IMG/VR virus record: IMGVR_UViG_3300017963_000074 | Coordinates: 1 to 51,624 of that record | From: a virus | Lineage: Duplodnaviria > Caudoviricetes | Reading direction: 5' to 3' (one strand) | Length of the DNA stretch: 51,624 nucleotides | Shown here: piece after piece, positions 41,988 through 51,624 of the stretch | How the letters are laid out: each line of letters starts with the position of its first letter | Numbering within the stretch: position 1 is the stretch's first letter | Program-made: the position numbers and the translations under genes | Notes under the pieces: model-generated | What the model was told of the DNA's origin: nothing | Seen by the model: only the letters and a program-made list of their open reading frames with translations | Database searches by the model: none

Positions 41988-44900
41988 TCGTCCAGAAAGA
42001 TCCCCCAGGCCCGGGCTCTATCCACAATCCTGGCCCTCAGTGTAGCTCGGGTCTGAGGATCCATTTCACTTATCTTCATCCTCTCCTCTATAGATCTAGG
42101 ATCCAACCCAAGCTCAGCTAGTTCCTCCCAATACTTCTCATCAACATCCTTCCCGGCCTCCAGGGCTCTCAGGATTCTCCTCCCCAACTTTCTCCCATTA
42201 TTAATAGAGACCTTTCTCTCCTCAGCCAGGAGTCTCTCAGCCAGCTGCACTTGGGTCTTGCTCACATCCTGAGCTCCCATCATGGAGAGTATCTGCAGTC
42301 TCCTCCTCTCCCACTCGCCTCCAATAAAGTATCGCTTGTCACCGAGGGGAGCTAAGACCTTTCCATCCTTAGTCTGCTGCACTCCAATCCTCTCCCTGAT
42401 CCATCCATCGTCAGTGACTTGTGCTTGTAGGAAGGTCTCCCAGTACTTCAAGACAACCGGAAGAGCTTTCGCCCAGTCTATAACATCTTCCTTTATATAC
42501 CCCTCTCCCTGAAGCATAGGAGTAACCGTGACCTTGTATAACTTTAGGAGATCCCCAAGGAACGGACCGGCTAGATCCTCCGGACTGGAACCCATGAACT
42601 GGAAGGTAGCAGGCGCTGTTATGTCCGCCCCTATCAGGCCTGGTATCCCCCTTGTCACCATCCCTAGTCCTTTTTCAACCTTCTCAGCTGTCTCCCCTTC
42701 TCCTATCTCTGGATGCAAAAGCCACTCGTCCAGCTTATCTAACGCACCGGATAGGCCAAGAATGGGAATACTCTTCACCATATACAACAGCCCTCTTGGC
42801 CCTGACAGGGCAAGCTGCATTCCAGCATATCTTGCTATCTCTTTCCCTCTCAGAGATGCTATGAACTCCAGCTCCTTCACAAAGTACGTCTTGAACTGAA
42901 ACACAAGCCTTCCGCCTGGCCCTCTTAGAGCTCTCGGAAGGGCAGCTGTATTGTAGGTAAAGTTCTGAAACCTCAGAGCCTTCCTTGCCTCTATCCTCGC
43001 CGCTTCCTCTGTCAACCCTCTATTCTTCCCCCATAGATAGTTAGCAGCTAGGGATAGCTTCCTGATACCTGGCTCAGGTTTCCCGAACATATATAGAGGC
43101 TTCCACCATGCCTGCTTGGTTGTCAACTTCCCAGCTTCTCCCATTGCAAAGTCCATGCCAAGATAGGCCTCTTCCTCAGCAATGAACCTCCTTCCCTCTG
43201 GAGTCTTGAGGAAGTCCACACCTGCCCTCATATACTCATTCCCTACCTTCACCCAGGTATGGCCATGCCCCGCTCCCAAGTTTACAAATGCCGCGACAGG
43301 CCTGTATCCAAGCTTCAAATCCCCCGTAACAGACCGGGCCGCTGCGACTGATCTGGTAAACATAAAAGGCTTCCCGCCTGTCCCTGGAACCCTCAACTTC
43401 CCGACCTTGAACCCTTTGGCCAGGGCATCAAACATCCTATCTCCCCAACTATACCTTCCCTTCGCATCCTTCATCTGATTTCTCAGAAGATTCCTCACCC
43501 CAGGCGGGAAGTTTATCTGTCCTACATCCTCCTCAAAGGCCTTCTCCATAGCTGCCTCGACAGGTTCCAAGGCCAGCTTCTTTCTGACAAGATAGGAGTA
43601 GGTCTTAAGGGCCTTAACAATATTCTCCTCACCCCAAAGAATATCCTCTCGGGGCTTGGTAGGATCTATACTCTTTTGGAACTCTGGAGTTACTGTGAGC
43701 TTCCCTATCCCTGGCTCTGCCTTCTTCAGCTCCTCCGCCTTCCTTGTTGCTTCTCTCCTTGTCATTCCTACCCTTCTCACCTTTCCCTCACTATCCATAA
43801 CCCTCCACATACCCCTCTCAATGTTGGTAATATAGTCCTTGATCCCCCACCTCTGTATCTCCCTGAACTCCTTTACATTCTCCCATAGCTCCTCGGCATC
43901 AACGTTCCTCTTCTTAGCAACCTCAGCTGATACTCCCTTCGGACTGAAGCTCTTTACCTCCTCGGTAGGAACAAACTTCTTCTCCAGTTCAAATACTTCA
44001 GTAAAAGCATCAAACATCCTCTTGCTCATCTGTCTGGCAAACATCTCCTGTTTGTGCTGTACTATCAAGCTCTTCATATTCTCGAAGTAGTTGACAGCCA
44101 GGTTAGCTGCATGATAGAGAGGATCCGATGCAATAAGCTTATTCGCCTCCTCAGGATTCTTACTCCTCAACTCATACAGCTTCTCCATTGCAGATCTGAT
44201 CTTTCTCTCCCTTGCCTCCCTCATTCCCTTCCCAAAGATAGTCTTCTTCTGGAGAATGTTCCCTTCATGAACAGTCCGGACTATCTCGTCAAAGATGGGT
44301 TCGTCAATAGCGTGAGTGTTGTGAGAAGCCTTGAGCTGGCCCTCAATAATCTGACCGGATACCCTCTGCGCCTCAGGAAAATTCCTCACCACATATTCAG
44401 GACTGCTTACAAACTGTCTGAGAAAGTGAATGTCATTCTTCTCAGGAACCTCGTATATATCCTTCCCAAGCTCTCTCAGAGTTGGAGCAGCAGGATGCTC
44501 TGGAACCTTGTCAACTGGTGTGATCTCCAACCCTTCACTCTCCTTCATCTTGTTCAGAAAGGGAATAGCCTTGTCCCCAAACTGCTCTATAATATCAGCA
44601 GAGAACTTTGTAAAGTCCATCCCTGCTTTTCGGTACATGACGAAGGCCCTCTTGAGATAAGGCCTGGCCTCTTTCCATGACTGCTCGGTGAATTCTTGTG
44701 GGAGGAAGCCGGCCCGCTTTCCTCCACCCAGTTCATACAAACCTCTTATCGCCTCCCTCGTTCCCTGCAGAACAGCTCCAAATCCATCCAGTTCCTGCTG
44801 CACCTCCATCACCATTCTATCAAAGGCCTTGGTCTGGAGGAACTTGTACCTAGCCTCTGCAGTCACTCCAGCTGCCTTGGATGCTATCTCAGATGGCTGC

Positions 44901-46648
44901 TTTGCGTAGCTAAGGCCTGGTATGTCAAGTGATCTATCGCCATACCTTATCTGCCATAAGGCATGAGTAAGTTCGTGCACAAGAGAGTTAATATAGGCAG
45001 GAACCTTCCTCTCCCAACTTCTTCCTTCCCCTCCTCTCTCAAAGGCCTTGACTGCTATACCTCTATAGGCTGTGATGGTTTTACTAGGGTTACTGGGATC
45101 TGACATAGGCTCTCTCACAAAGGCAGCAGCTATACCTTTATCATACTTAGGCCCATACCAATCCTCAAACTCCATAGGAGACATGAACTGTATCCGGATA
45201 GTATCAGCCTCTTTGGGAAACATAGGACGGGTGAGGTTAGCAAGTCGAGGGTATTGGGTATCTACAAACTCGATCGCTGCCCTTATCATATTAATATGCC
45301 TTCTGGATACCTTTCCCTCTACAACATACTTATTCCTCACAGTCCTCTTCTTCCCTCTCGTCCCAGCCTCTATCACCTTACTCTCTGTAACAAAGGCCCT
45401 CTCAGAAGCATCGTCTGGGAGAATAATAGTGGCATCCTCTGTCCCCTTCTCTAACGCCTCATACTGCCTCTTCAGCTTCTGGTATCCTTCCTTAGACAAC
45501 AGATCCCTCTCCAATCTCTCCAGTTCCTGCTTCCTCAATCTCAGCTCTACATCCCGCTCGGCATCTCTTATACCCGCTGCTCTCCTGAACCTCTCCTCAT
45601 ACTCTATCCTCTCCCGATAGCTCCTATAACCTGGCTCTGTCCTCTCCGGCAAGAGTGCCTTAGGCTTCCCAGTTACAATGTCCGGAACATCTATAGTCGG
45701 TTCCCCTTGTTGTTCAGCTCTCGCTCGATACTCTCTTTCGACAAGCCTTTCCCTGAGAGCACGTCGTTGCTTAGCCGCTTCCTCTTCTCCTGCAAGTCTT
45801 TTAATCGAGTTTCTAATTCTTTCTTGGAACTCCTTTTTCTGAGCCAGTCTCGCAATAATTTCACTACTTCCAGGCCCAGATTTAATGCCAAGATCGCGCC
45901 GGATGTGTTCAGTGACCTCAGCAGGCCCAAGATTGCGCTCAACATAAATCCTCCTCAGGAGCCCAGCACCTCTGTTGGCACCCTTAGCCCCAAACAATAT
46001 AACTGCATTATGTGCAAAATCTTCAGCGGTAGGGAACCTCCCTTCCATTGCACTTCCTGCAGCTGTAAGAGCAGTTATCTCTCCACTAGTCCCTACAACC
46101 TCTCCAGCTACTCTCTCCATAGTTGGAGATATAGCCTTCCCAGCCTTCCCTCCAACTGCCTTTCCCACAGCTCCCGCCTTACCTGTGACAGCTCCAAGGA
46201 GATAACCTTTAGCTGCTTCCTTACTTACATCTACCAACCTACTCCAGAAGTCCTCAAAGCTCTCTATCTCTCCCTTCTCATATTTCTGCATTAAGAGTTC
46301 TCTCATAGCAGCCGGCATGGCAAAAGCACCAGCCATACCTCCCACTCCACCAGTAGGACCTCCGGCTATAACAGCTCCAGCAAACATTGCAGGGAGATCT
46401 CCTATCATTGTCCCTACACTCTGAACGATACTCTCCCCGAAGTTCTGAGGTTCATAGTGAGTAGGCAACTTCTCCCTCACAGCCAGCCCTGCAACCGAAG
46501 CTTCCCAACCGGTCTTGGCAGCCTCTAACAAACCGGGCTTTCCATATCCCCCGCCTACTCCATAACTCTTCTCTTTATCCAACCCAAGAAGGCTTCTGCC
46601 TGTCTTAGGTTTATCGAGCCCTAGTAACTGTCGTCCTGTCTGAGGCAT
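41984..46648 (-). CDS. Large internal virion / ejection protein with zincin-like HExxH domain
   Basis: 1554 aa, last late gene; Gly/Ala-rich hydrophobic N-terminal region, VHELTH...YAKQPSE, and a C-terminal LVFQFKTY region typical of large podovirus core proteins. Confidence 0.7.
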   Translation of the reverse strand: MPQTGRQLLGLDKPKTGRSLLGLDKEKSYGVGGGYGKPGLLEAAKTGWEASVAGLAVREKLPTHYEPQNFGESIVQSVGTMIGDLPAMFAGAVIAGGPTGGVGGMAGAFAMPAAMRELLMQKYEKGEIESFEDFWSRLVDVSKEAAKGYLLGAVTGKAGAVGKAVGGKAGKAISPTMERVAGEVVGTSGEITALTAAGSAMEGRFPTAEDFAHNAVILFGAKGANRGAGLLRRIYVERNLGPAEVTEHIRRDLGIKSGPGSSEIIARLAQKKEFQERIRNSIKRLAGEEEAAKQRRALRERLVEREYRARAEQQGEPTIDVPDIVTGKPKALLPERTEPGYRSYRERIEYEERFRRAAGIRDAERDVELRLRKQELERLERDLLSKEGYQKLKRQYEALEKGTEDATIILPDDASERAFVTESKVIEAGTRGKKRTVRNKYVVEGKVSRRHINMIRAAIEFVDTQYPRLANLTRPMFPKEADTIRIQFMSPMEFEDWYGPKYDKGIAAAFVREPMSDPSNPSKTITAYRGIAVKAFERGGEGRSWERKVPAYINSLVHELTHALWQIRYGDRSLDIPGLSYAKQPSEIASKAAGVTAEARYKFLQTKAFDRMVMEVQQELDGFGAVLQGTREAIRGLYELGGGKRAGFLPQEFTEQSWKEARPYLKRAFVMYRKAGMDFTKFSADIIEQFGDKAIPFLNKMKESEGLEITPVDKVPEHPAAPTLRELGKDIYEVPEKNDIHFLRQFVSSPEYVVRNFPEAQRVSGQIIEGQLKASHNTHAIDEPIFDEIVRTVHEGNILQKKTIFGKGMREARERKIRSAMEKLYELRSKNPEEANKLIASDPLYHAANLAVNYFENMKSLIVQHKQEMFARQMSKRMFDAFTEVFELEKKFVPTEEVKSFSPKGVSAEVAKKRNVDAEELWENVKEFREIQRWGIKDYITNIERGMWRVMDSEGKVRRVGMTRREATRKAEELKKAEPGIGKLTVTPEFQKSIDPTKPREDILWGEENIVKALKTYSYLVRKKLALEPVEAAMEKAFEEDVGQINFPPGVRNLLRNQMKDAKGRYSWGDRMFDALAKGFKVGKLRVPGTGGKPFMFTRSVAAARSVTGDLKLGYRPVAAFVNLGAGHGHTWVKVGNEYMRAGVDFLKTPEGRRFIAEEEAYLGMDFAMGEAGKLTTKQAWWKPLYMFGKPEPGIRKLSLAANYLWGKNRGLTEEAARIEARKALRFQNFTYNTAALPRALRGPGGRLVFQFKTYFVKELEFIASLRGKEIARYAGMQLALSGPRGLLYMVKSIPILGLSGALDKLDEWLLHPEIGEGETAEKVEKGLGMVTRGIPGLIGADITAPATFQFMGSSPEDLAGPFLGDLLKLYKVTVTPMLQGEGYIKEDVIDWAKALPVVLKYWETFLQAQVTDDGWIRERIGVQQTKDGKVLAPLGDKRYFIGGEWERRRLQILSMMGAQDVSKTQVQLAERLLAEERKVSINNGRKLGRRILRALEAGKDVDEKYWEELAELGLDPRSIEERMKISEMDPQTRATLRARIVDRARAWGIFLDD

Positions 46649-46651
46649 ATC

Positions 46652-47710
46652 TCACTCCCATGGGATACCTAGTTTCTCAAATTCTTTCCTGGCCTTATCC
46701 TCATCAATCTGGCCCGACTGAAACCTGTCAACAATATCCTGTAGCTCAGGAGAAAGTTCATCACCAAGGAGCTGTTCTGGTAAGGTGGTGAGGTAGCTTT
46801 CTGGAATAAGACCAGTCTCTACACCTCTCTGGATATATTCCCTCGTCACATCCATAAGCACCTTCGCATCCTCCTCAGGGTTCTTAAACTTGGCAGTCTT
46901 AGAACCATCAGGATTCTCTATAACCTCCATCCTCTTGACAATCCTAGGATCCCTATAGGCCATATCAACGAACTGGTTATACCACCATCTGTGATTGGTA
47001 AGCTGCTGTCCCTCAGTCATCTGGCTGGCTCTGTCCTCGGGAGTGAATCTCTTCACCACCTCTCCGGTCGCCTTGTTCATCACATAGCCAGTACTCCCTA
47101 TCGGCTGCCATCCAGGATCCTGTCTCATCATTGTCCTAAGGGATGCAACATCCATCTCCCTGGTATACCGCTGAGCTGGACTCTCCTGCTTCTCCACCAT
47201 CCCTTTATAATACTCCCCAAGATCCTCTGCTCTCTTCTCTGATATATCCAGCTCCCTCTTCTTCAATACATTCTGCTCGATGGCCTGGAGATCCTCAGCA
47301 CTCATCCCCCTTACATCCTCCTCAGTAATCTGCTGCCCACTCAGCATTTTCTGCATGATACTACTATACTGCCTCCCTCTCCCAATCTCAGCCCCTACCA
47401 TTCCCGCTCCTTGCTGCCAACTTCCAGGAGCAGCTGTAGCTGCAGCTATCCTTCCCAGTATCTGCTGGAAGCCAGGAGTATCCAGGGCCTTGCCAAGACT
47501 GGAAAAGGCCTTCCCAATCATACTGGCCTTGTTGTCTTTCTCCTCAGCCGAGTCTCTCTGAGACAGCTGGCCGATGAGATCTTGCTGGCCGGCTGGTCTA
47601 ACAGCGGGATTCATAAGATTTGCGCTGGTTGAGAGGGTTGTACCTGCAACTCCTCTTCCTGGCCGGTCAGCCATGAATCTCAAAAGTTTCGGGTCGTCAA
47701 AGATATTCAT
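46652..47710 (-). CDS. Internal virion / ejection protein
   Basis: 352 aa, Q/G/M-rich helical; positional call. Confidence 0.55.
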   Translation of the reverse strand: MNIFDDPKLLRFMADRPGRGVAGTTLSTSANLMNPAVRPAGQQDLIGQLSQRDSAEEKDNKASMIGKAFSSLGKALDTPGFQQILGRIAAATAAPGSWQQGAGMVGAEIGRGRQYSSIMQKMLSGQQITEEDVRGMSAEDLQAIEQNVLKKRELDISEKRAEDLGEYYKGMVEKQESPAQRYTREMDVASLRTMMRQDPGWQPIGSTGYVMNKATGEVVKRFTPEDRASQMTEGQQLTNHRWWYNQFVDMAYRDPRIVKRMEVIENPDGSKTAKFKNPEEDAKVLMDVTREYIQRGVETGLIPESYLTTLPEQLLGDELSPELQDIVDRFQSGQIDEDKARKEFEKLGIPWE

Positions 47711-47719
47711 TGCTTCCTC

Positions 47720-48052
47720 CTACATCTCAAAGTGATAGGGATCATATGGACTCGTCCATCTCCCTCCCCACTTACCTCCTCTTCTCTCCCAAAAGCTCCC
47801 TAATTTCTCATACCACCAGTGCCTACCCCAGTGTGCCACTCCATCTACCATAACAACAAGATCAGCTGCTCTTCCCTTCTGATGTTTGCTAATAGTCACA
47901 TATCCGTCACAATTACTCAAGCCATTCTTATACAAGTTATTCTGCCTCTCAGCAGTCCTATACCCCTCATACACAAGAATATCTATCCCTTCATCCTTAG
48001 CATACTCTATTAGCTTCTGAAGGTTCCTAATGAATTTAGATTGAAGTGTCAT
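47720..48052 (-). CDS. Peptidase M15 (L-Ala-D-Glu peptidase-like) endolysin
   Basis: EGYRTAERQ, SKHQKGRAAD, WGGRW, DPYHFE Zn-ligand pattern. Confidence 0.9.
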   Translation of the reverse strand: MTLQSKFIRNLQKLIEYAKDEGIDILVYEGYRTAERQNNLYKNGLSNCDGYVTISKHQKGRAADLVVMVDGVAHWGRHWWYEKLGSFWERRGGKWGGRWTSPYDPYHFEM

Positions 48053-49242
48053 AGCAGTCCTAATATAAAGCCTGCACCAGCTCCTATCGCTGCTCCATAA
48101 CCTCCAAAGCTGGCCCCAATAGAAGCTCCAGCTGCAGCTCCTGACAGAGCACTCTGAGTAGCTCCCATTGGGTGAGTGATTGTATGTGCAGCACCTGATA
48201 CACTAGCCAGGACGTTGCCTCCCTGCAGGAGGACATCAAAAGGCCACTTGGCATCGTTGACATCTATCTCGAGGTCCCTGTCAATCTGCTCCTTCTTTGC
48301 CATGATCCTTGTAGAGTCTATCTCACGAAGGAGGGAAGCTGCCTGCCTTTCGAACTCAACATTGCTAGTCAACAGGCGGGACATCTCATTAGCGCTCTGG
48401 ACAGTGAAGATGCTCCTGTTCTTCTGGTTCTGGACAAAGGAAGCAAGGTAGTCCTTATAGGCGCTAGAGAAGGCAGCTATCTCAGCTCCACTCTGTGCAA
48501 CTCCAGTCTGTACATACAGACCCATCATTGCTCTGTATGTGTTGAGGTATTCACTCATAACCCTATCAGAGAGCTGCAATTTCACCTTCGCTCTATAACC
48601 ATCTACATCCCTCCTGAAGTCCCTCTCGATGATAGCTGTCCCAATCACAAAGGCTGAAGAGTGAACAGCGTTGATGTCAACCATCCCACCTGCAAACCGG
48701 TTGAGGCTTTTATAAAGAGTCCCCTTAGAGGCCTCCTCATAATCCTCCACAATATCATCAATGAGGTTGTCAACTGTATCTGATAGGATCTTCCCAATAG
48801 CATCATCTATCACATCACTCACATCCGCCTGGATAGCTGCATCAGCCGCACTCTGGAGAGAGGTGGCTCCAGTTATAGCCCCAGTCAGAGCATCGTCTGC
48901 AGCCCCACTTGCGTCTACCTTTGCCTTCCCACCCATCGTTTGGACTGAATCGGACGGGTCAGGGAATAGAGAACTCAGCTTAGCCTGAGCTGCTGTAATG
49001 GCAGCCTGCCAGTCCGTCACATTGTTTCTGGCATCCAGAAAGGTATCAAACTCGTCGAACTGAGTTTTCATCTCCGCTACAAGAGTGCTGGGATCATATG
49101 CACTCTCCCCTTCATAAGGAGAGTCCCCAGTTATATAAGGATCAATTAATGCCTCTGCATCATCCAACCAGTCCTCATGCTGGGTTTGCATATAGGTCGG
49201 ATAGGATATAGCACCAGCGTTACCTCCACCTGACTTACCCAT
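48049..49242 (-). CDS. Internal virion / ejection (pilot-like) protein
   Basis: 397 aa; MGKSGGG start and C-terminal glycine zipper GAAAGASIGASFGGYGAAIGAGAG. Confidence 0.6.
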   Translation of the reverse strand: MGKSGGGNAGAISYPTYMQTQHEDWLDDAEALIDPYITGDSPYEGESAYDPSTLVAEMKTQFDEFDTFLDARNNVTDWQAAITAAQAKLSSLFPDPSDSVQTMGGKAKVDASGAADDALTGAITGATSLQSAADAAIQADVSDVIDDAIGKILSDTVDNLIDDIVEDYEEASKGTLYKSLNRFAGGMVDINAVHSSAFVIGTAIIERDFRRDVDGYRAKVKLQLSDRVMSEYLNTYRAMMGLYVQTGVAQSGAEIAAFSSAYKDYLASFVQNQKNRSIFTVQSANEMSRLLTSNVEFERQAASLLREIDSTRIMAKKEQIDRDLEIDVNDAKWPFDVLLQGGNVLASVSGAAHTITHPMGATQSALSGAAAGASIGASFGGYGAAIGAGAGFILGLL

Positions 49243-49670
49243 TATACCTCCAATCTGAGGACTCTAGTAGAAGAATCCCCTCCGAGCTGCTCAACCAGTT
49301 TCACAACCCTACTTACATTACTGTAAGCTATAATCGCCTTACATCCCTTCCCTTCTGCAAACTCCCTCAACCTCACAAATGCCTGCTTCCACTGACCCAT
49401 GTTTACCTTTCCGTTGCTAAAGATAGTATATATCAACAAGTTCCTCTCCCCATCAATAGTATCCGCTGCAAAGGTCGTAGTACCAAACATTATCAACCCC
49501 TCATCCTCATCATTATAAGCCCAGCATGTCAACACACCTGACATCACTGCACTCAACAACCTAGCATCTCTCTGACTATCCTCTGTCGCAGGAAGAGAAG
49601 CGTTTATCATTGGGAGGAACTCATCCCAATACTTGGATACAAAATCCGGTTCAAGCCTTAATAGTGGCAT
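49242..49670 (-). CDS. GNAT-like tail assembly protein
   Basis: 142 aa after the nozzle gene; LREFAEGKGCKAIIAY acetyltransferase-like C-terminus. Confidence 0.55.
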   Translation of the reverse strand: MPLLRLEPDFVSKYWDEFLPMINASLPATEDSQRDARLLSAVMSGVLTCWAYNDEDEGLIMFGTTTFAADTIDGERNLLIYTIFSNGKVNMGQWKQAFVRLREFAEGKGCKAIIAYSNVSRVVKLVEQLGGDSSTRVLRLEV

Positions 49671-51243
49671 ACTGTGACCTCACATTTCTTTTGTCTGCCA
49701 TTGTCCAGTTGATCCTGATAGCCTTAGGAGGATCCTGTGCAGTGTAGGTAGTGCAAACTATCTTGATCTTGAATTCAATTCCAGCAACCGGTAGAACAAC
49801 AAAGCCGTGTTTGTTGAAGTTCCTAGTACTGGAATCTGCATAGTTAGACAAAGCATCCGCTTTGTATGACACAGTTGCATTTATATCAGACAGCCCCTTT
49901 GTATCTATCTCAATAGACTCTATCCTCTTTATCGCCTTTGTCCCGAAGTCCAGAATATCCGTTGTCAGCTCCATATCATTATCCGTACTTCCCGCTGTGT
50001 TGCAGTATCCTATAACCCCTCCATCTGCAAAGTCTGTGGAAGTAACCTTCTGATCTACCTGAGACATTCCCCATCTATTGAATAGAAAGGTCTCAGAATC
50101 TGTCCCTATGAAAAACTTCCAACCCTCAGGGTCAGGAGCGTAATTTACAAGGATAGTATTCCCCAGCAGATCATACAGATACTCTGCATATCCCAACCTC
50201 TCCACCTTCATATCCTTCGTTATCATCCACAATGTACCTGATGTATCCACAAACAGACACATATCCCCATTACCTGCTACTGCCCCGCTGTTTGCTATTC
50301 CCACATTCCTCAGCTCTGCAAAGTCCTTCCTCCCGAAAGTAGGAGTAGGTCCAGAGGAAGGTATAAGGGCATTTACTCCATTGTCCCCTATGACGATGAC
50401 ACCAGTTTCCAATGGAATGAGATGCCTTACGTTTCCCTGCCAGGGCATCGCCATGAAGCCGCATTCGTTCCTCCTAATATAATCGAAGATAATAGGATCC
50501 CTTATCGTATGTGCCTCCCCTCCATCCATAATCCCTTCCATCATCAAGTATGGATAGAACATCCACAGTGCATCACCACCTCCAATTGTACTCCACCACA
50601 CAAAGTTCTCATCGAAGGGCATGTCTAGATCTAGCCCTATATTCGCCTCTCTCCTTCCCCAGTCCTTCCAGAAGTGCTTCCACTGATTATTCCAGAAAGC
50701 ATTCTCATCAAACCCTCCGAACAGCACTCTCCCTCTGAACTCACATCCAGTTTCAATATGAACATCCTCCTGGAGGAACACTCCTGATGCTCTGCCGAGC
50801 ATGCTCTCCCAGTTCGTCCTGAACACAACACTCTCCCCGTTCAACAGAAACCATGTATCCCACATATCTATAAATTGCCAGGGCTTTGGGGAACTGTTGG
50901 CTAGAGTTACCTCTGTAGACTTATCCTCATAGTCAATGAGGTCTATCTCTGTCAAGGTCCAGAAGGCTTCGGTCACTCTGAATATCGTATCAGCATCTGC
51001 AAGGAGTGTATACTTCCTCCCCCTGAAAAGCCTGGGAGTTGGCCAAGAAAGGGATACACCTGCAGCAGTCAAGGTAGCAGATGAGAATGGGAGGGTGACA
51101 GGATTGTATGTGTTGAGACAGTGCTCTCCCGCCTCCGCATTGAGGAGATGGGTCAGTGCCTGTGTATTAAAGGCAGCCCTATCATCCCTCCTCAGTCCCC
51201 TATTCAACTCCTCTCTGAGCTCATATTGAAAGGTTCTCATCAC
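49651..51243 (-). CDS. Tail nozzle / tubular protein B (beta-propeller) candidate
   Basis: 530 aa, beta-rich; between the adaptor and GNAT-like genes as in P22/T7-type tails. Confidence 0.6.
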   Translation of the reverse strand: MMRTFQYELREELNRGLRRDDRAAFNTQALTHLLNAEAGEHCLNTYNPVTLPFSSATLTAAGVSLSWPTPRLFRGRKYTLLADADTIFRVTEAFWTLTEIDLIDYEDKSTEVTLANSSPKPWQFIDMWDTWFLLNGESVVFRTNWESMLGRASGVFLQEDVHIETGCEFRGRVLFGGFDENAFWNNQWKHFWKDWGRREANIGLDLDMPFDENFVWWSTIGGGDALWMFYPYLMMEGIMDGGEAHTIRDPIIFDYIRRNECGFMAMPWQGNVRHLIPLETGVIVIGDNGVNALIPSSGPTPTFGRKDFAELRNVGIANSGAVAGNGDMCLFVDTSGTLWMITKDMKVERLGYAEYLYDLLGNTILVNYAPDPEGWKFFIGTDSETFLFNRWGMSQVDQKVTSTDFADGGVIGYCNTAGSTDNDMELTTDILDFGTKAIKRIESIEIDTKGLSDINATVSYKADALSNYADSSTRNFNKHGFVVLPVAGIEFKIKIVCTTYTAQDPPKAIRINWTMADKRNVRSQYATIKA

Positions 51244-51270
51244 TTCCTCTTAGTTGGTTTCCATCCGTGT

Positions 51271-51537
51271 CTAGCTGCGTTTCTTGCGTTTGCTGACTTC
51301 TGTGCCGCTGCTCTTGACTTCGAGGAGCCTACCACCTTTCCCGTCTTTTTTTCCACTATCTTCCACGGCCTGGCTCCCGATCCCTTTCTCACTGTCACTG
51401 GCATTTATGACCTCCTCCCTGATCTTCTTAGCTTCATCAAGGGCTGCCTGTGCTTTTGCCAGGAGCTCAGAAGCTTTCTCCTGTCTCTCCTTCTTCCGCT
51501 TCTCAAACTCCTTCACCATCTGTTTCCTGATCCTCAT
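51271..51537 (-). CDS. Charged coiled-coil hypothetical protein
   Basis: 88 aa; starts right after the adaptor stop across the circular junction. Confidence 0.6.
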   Translation of the reverse strand: MRIRKQMVKEFEKRKKERQEKASELLAKAQAALDEAKKIREEVINASDSEKGIGSQAVEDSGKKDGKGGRLLEVKSSGTEVSKRKKRS

Positions 51538-51624
51538 ATCAGCCCTCCATCCTGGAGCCGCCTGTTACCGACTGCTGGATAATATCGTCAGTGACTCCCT
51601 TCATCATGTCGTTGATTACTTCTA
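51502..51624. repeat. Terminal direct repeat, copy 2
   Basis: Identical to 1-123. Confidence 0.95.

Noticed and set aside
45691-45945. 84-aa same-strand ORF nested in the 1554-aa gene (embedded spanin candidate)
   Set aside because: No lipobox cysteine and no convincing TM segment.
51502-51624. 123-bp terminal repeat as a biological T7-like terminal repeat
   Set aside because: It spans the end of one structural gene and the start of the next, and its length is typical of an assembler overlap.

Overview
A complete, circularly assembled 51,501-bp dsDNA tailed-phage genome; bases 51502-51624 repeat bases 1-123. The layout is podovirus-like. A minus-strand late arm runs from a sigma70-type promoter at ~23.0 kb leftwards through terS, terL, portal, scaffold and major capsid protein, across the junction, and through the tail adaptor/nozzle and ejection proteins to 41984. 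A plus-strand early/replication arm (23.4-42.0 kb) carries four sigma70 promoters, a PD-(D/E)XK nuclease, a RecD/Dda-like helicase, a Sak4-like ATPase, an SSB, a ParB-DNA methyltransferase fusion, a UDG-fused family A DNA polymerase, a DUF3987-like NTPase and a GT-C membrane glycosyltransferase. I found no integrase, primase, RNA polymerase, tRNA or CRISPR array. The most unusual feature is that all three large fibre/spike proteins, plus three small proteins, start with Sec-type signal peptides. Four of the six have Gln at the predicted +1 position, and the three large ones are strongly enriched in the FCB-type O-glycosylation sequon D-(S/T)-(A/I/L/V/M/T), which is rare in the cytoplasmic virion proteins. 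With the phage-encoded GT-C enzyme, this suggests (inference) receptor-binding proteins that are exported, glycosylated and assembled outside the cytoplasm. Other signals are six copies of an intergenic palindrome TTTCA-N5-TGAAA, a long inverted repeat around an A-tract (candidate origin), 5'/3' end pairing of the first early mRNA, and a strand-polarised CCCGCT hexamer. All family calls come from motif recognition by eye and all counts are manual.
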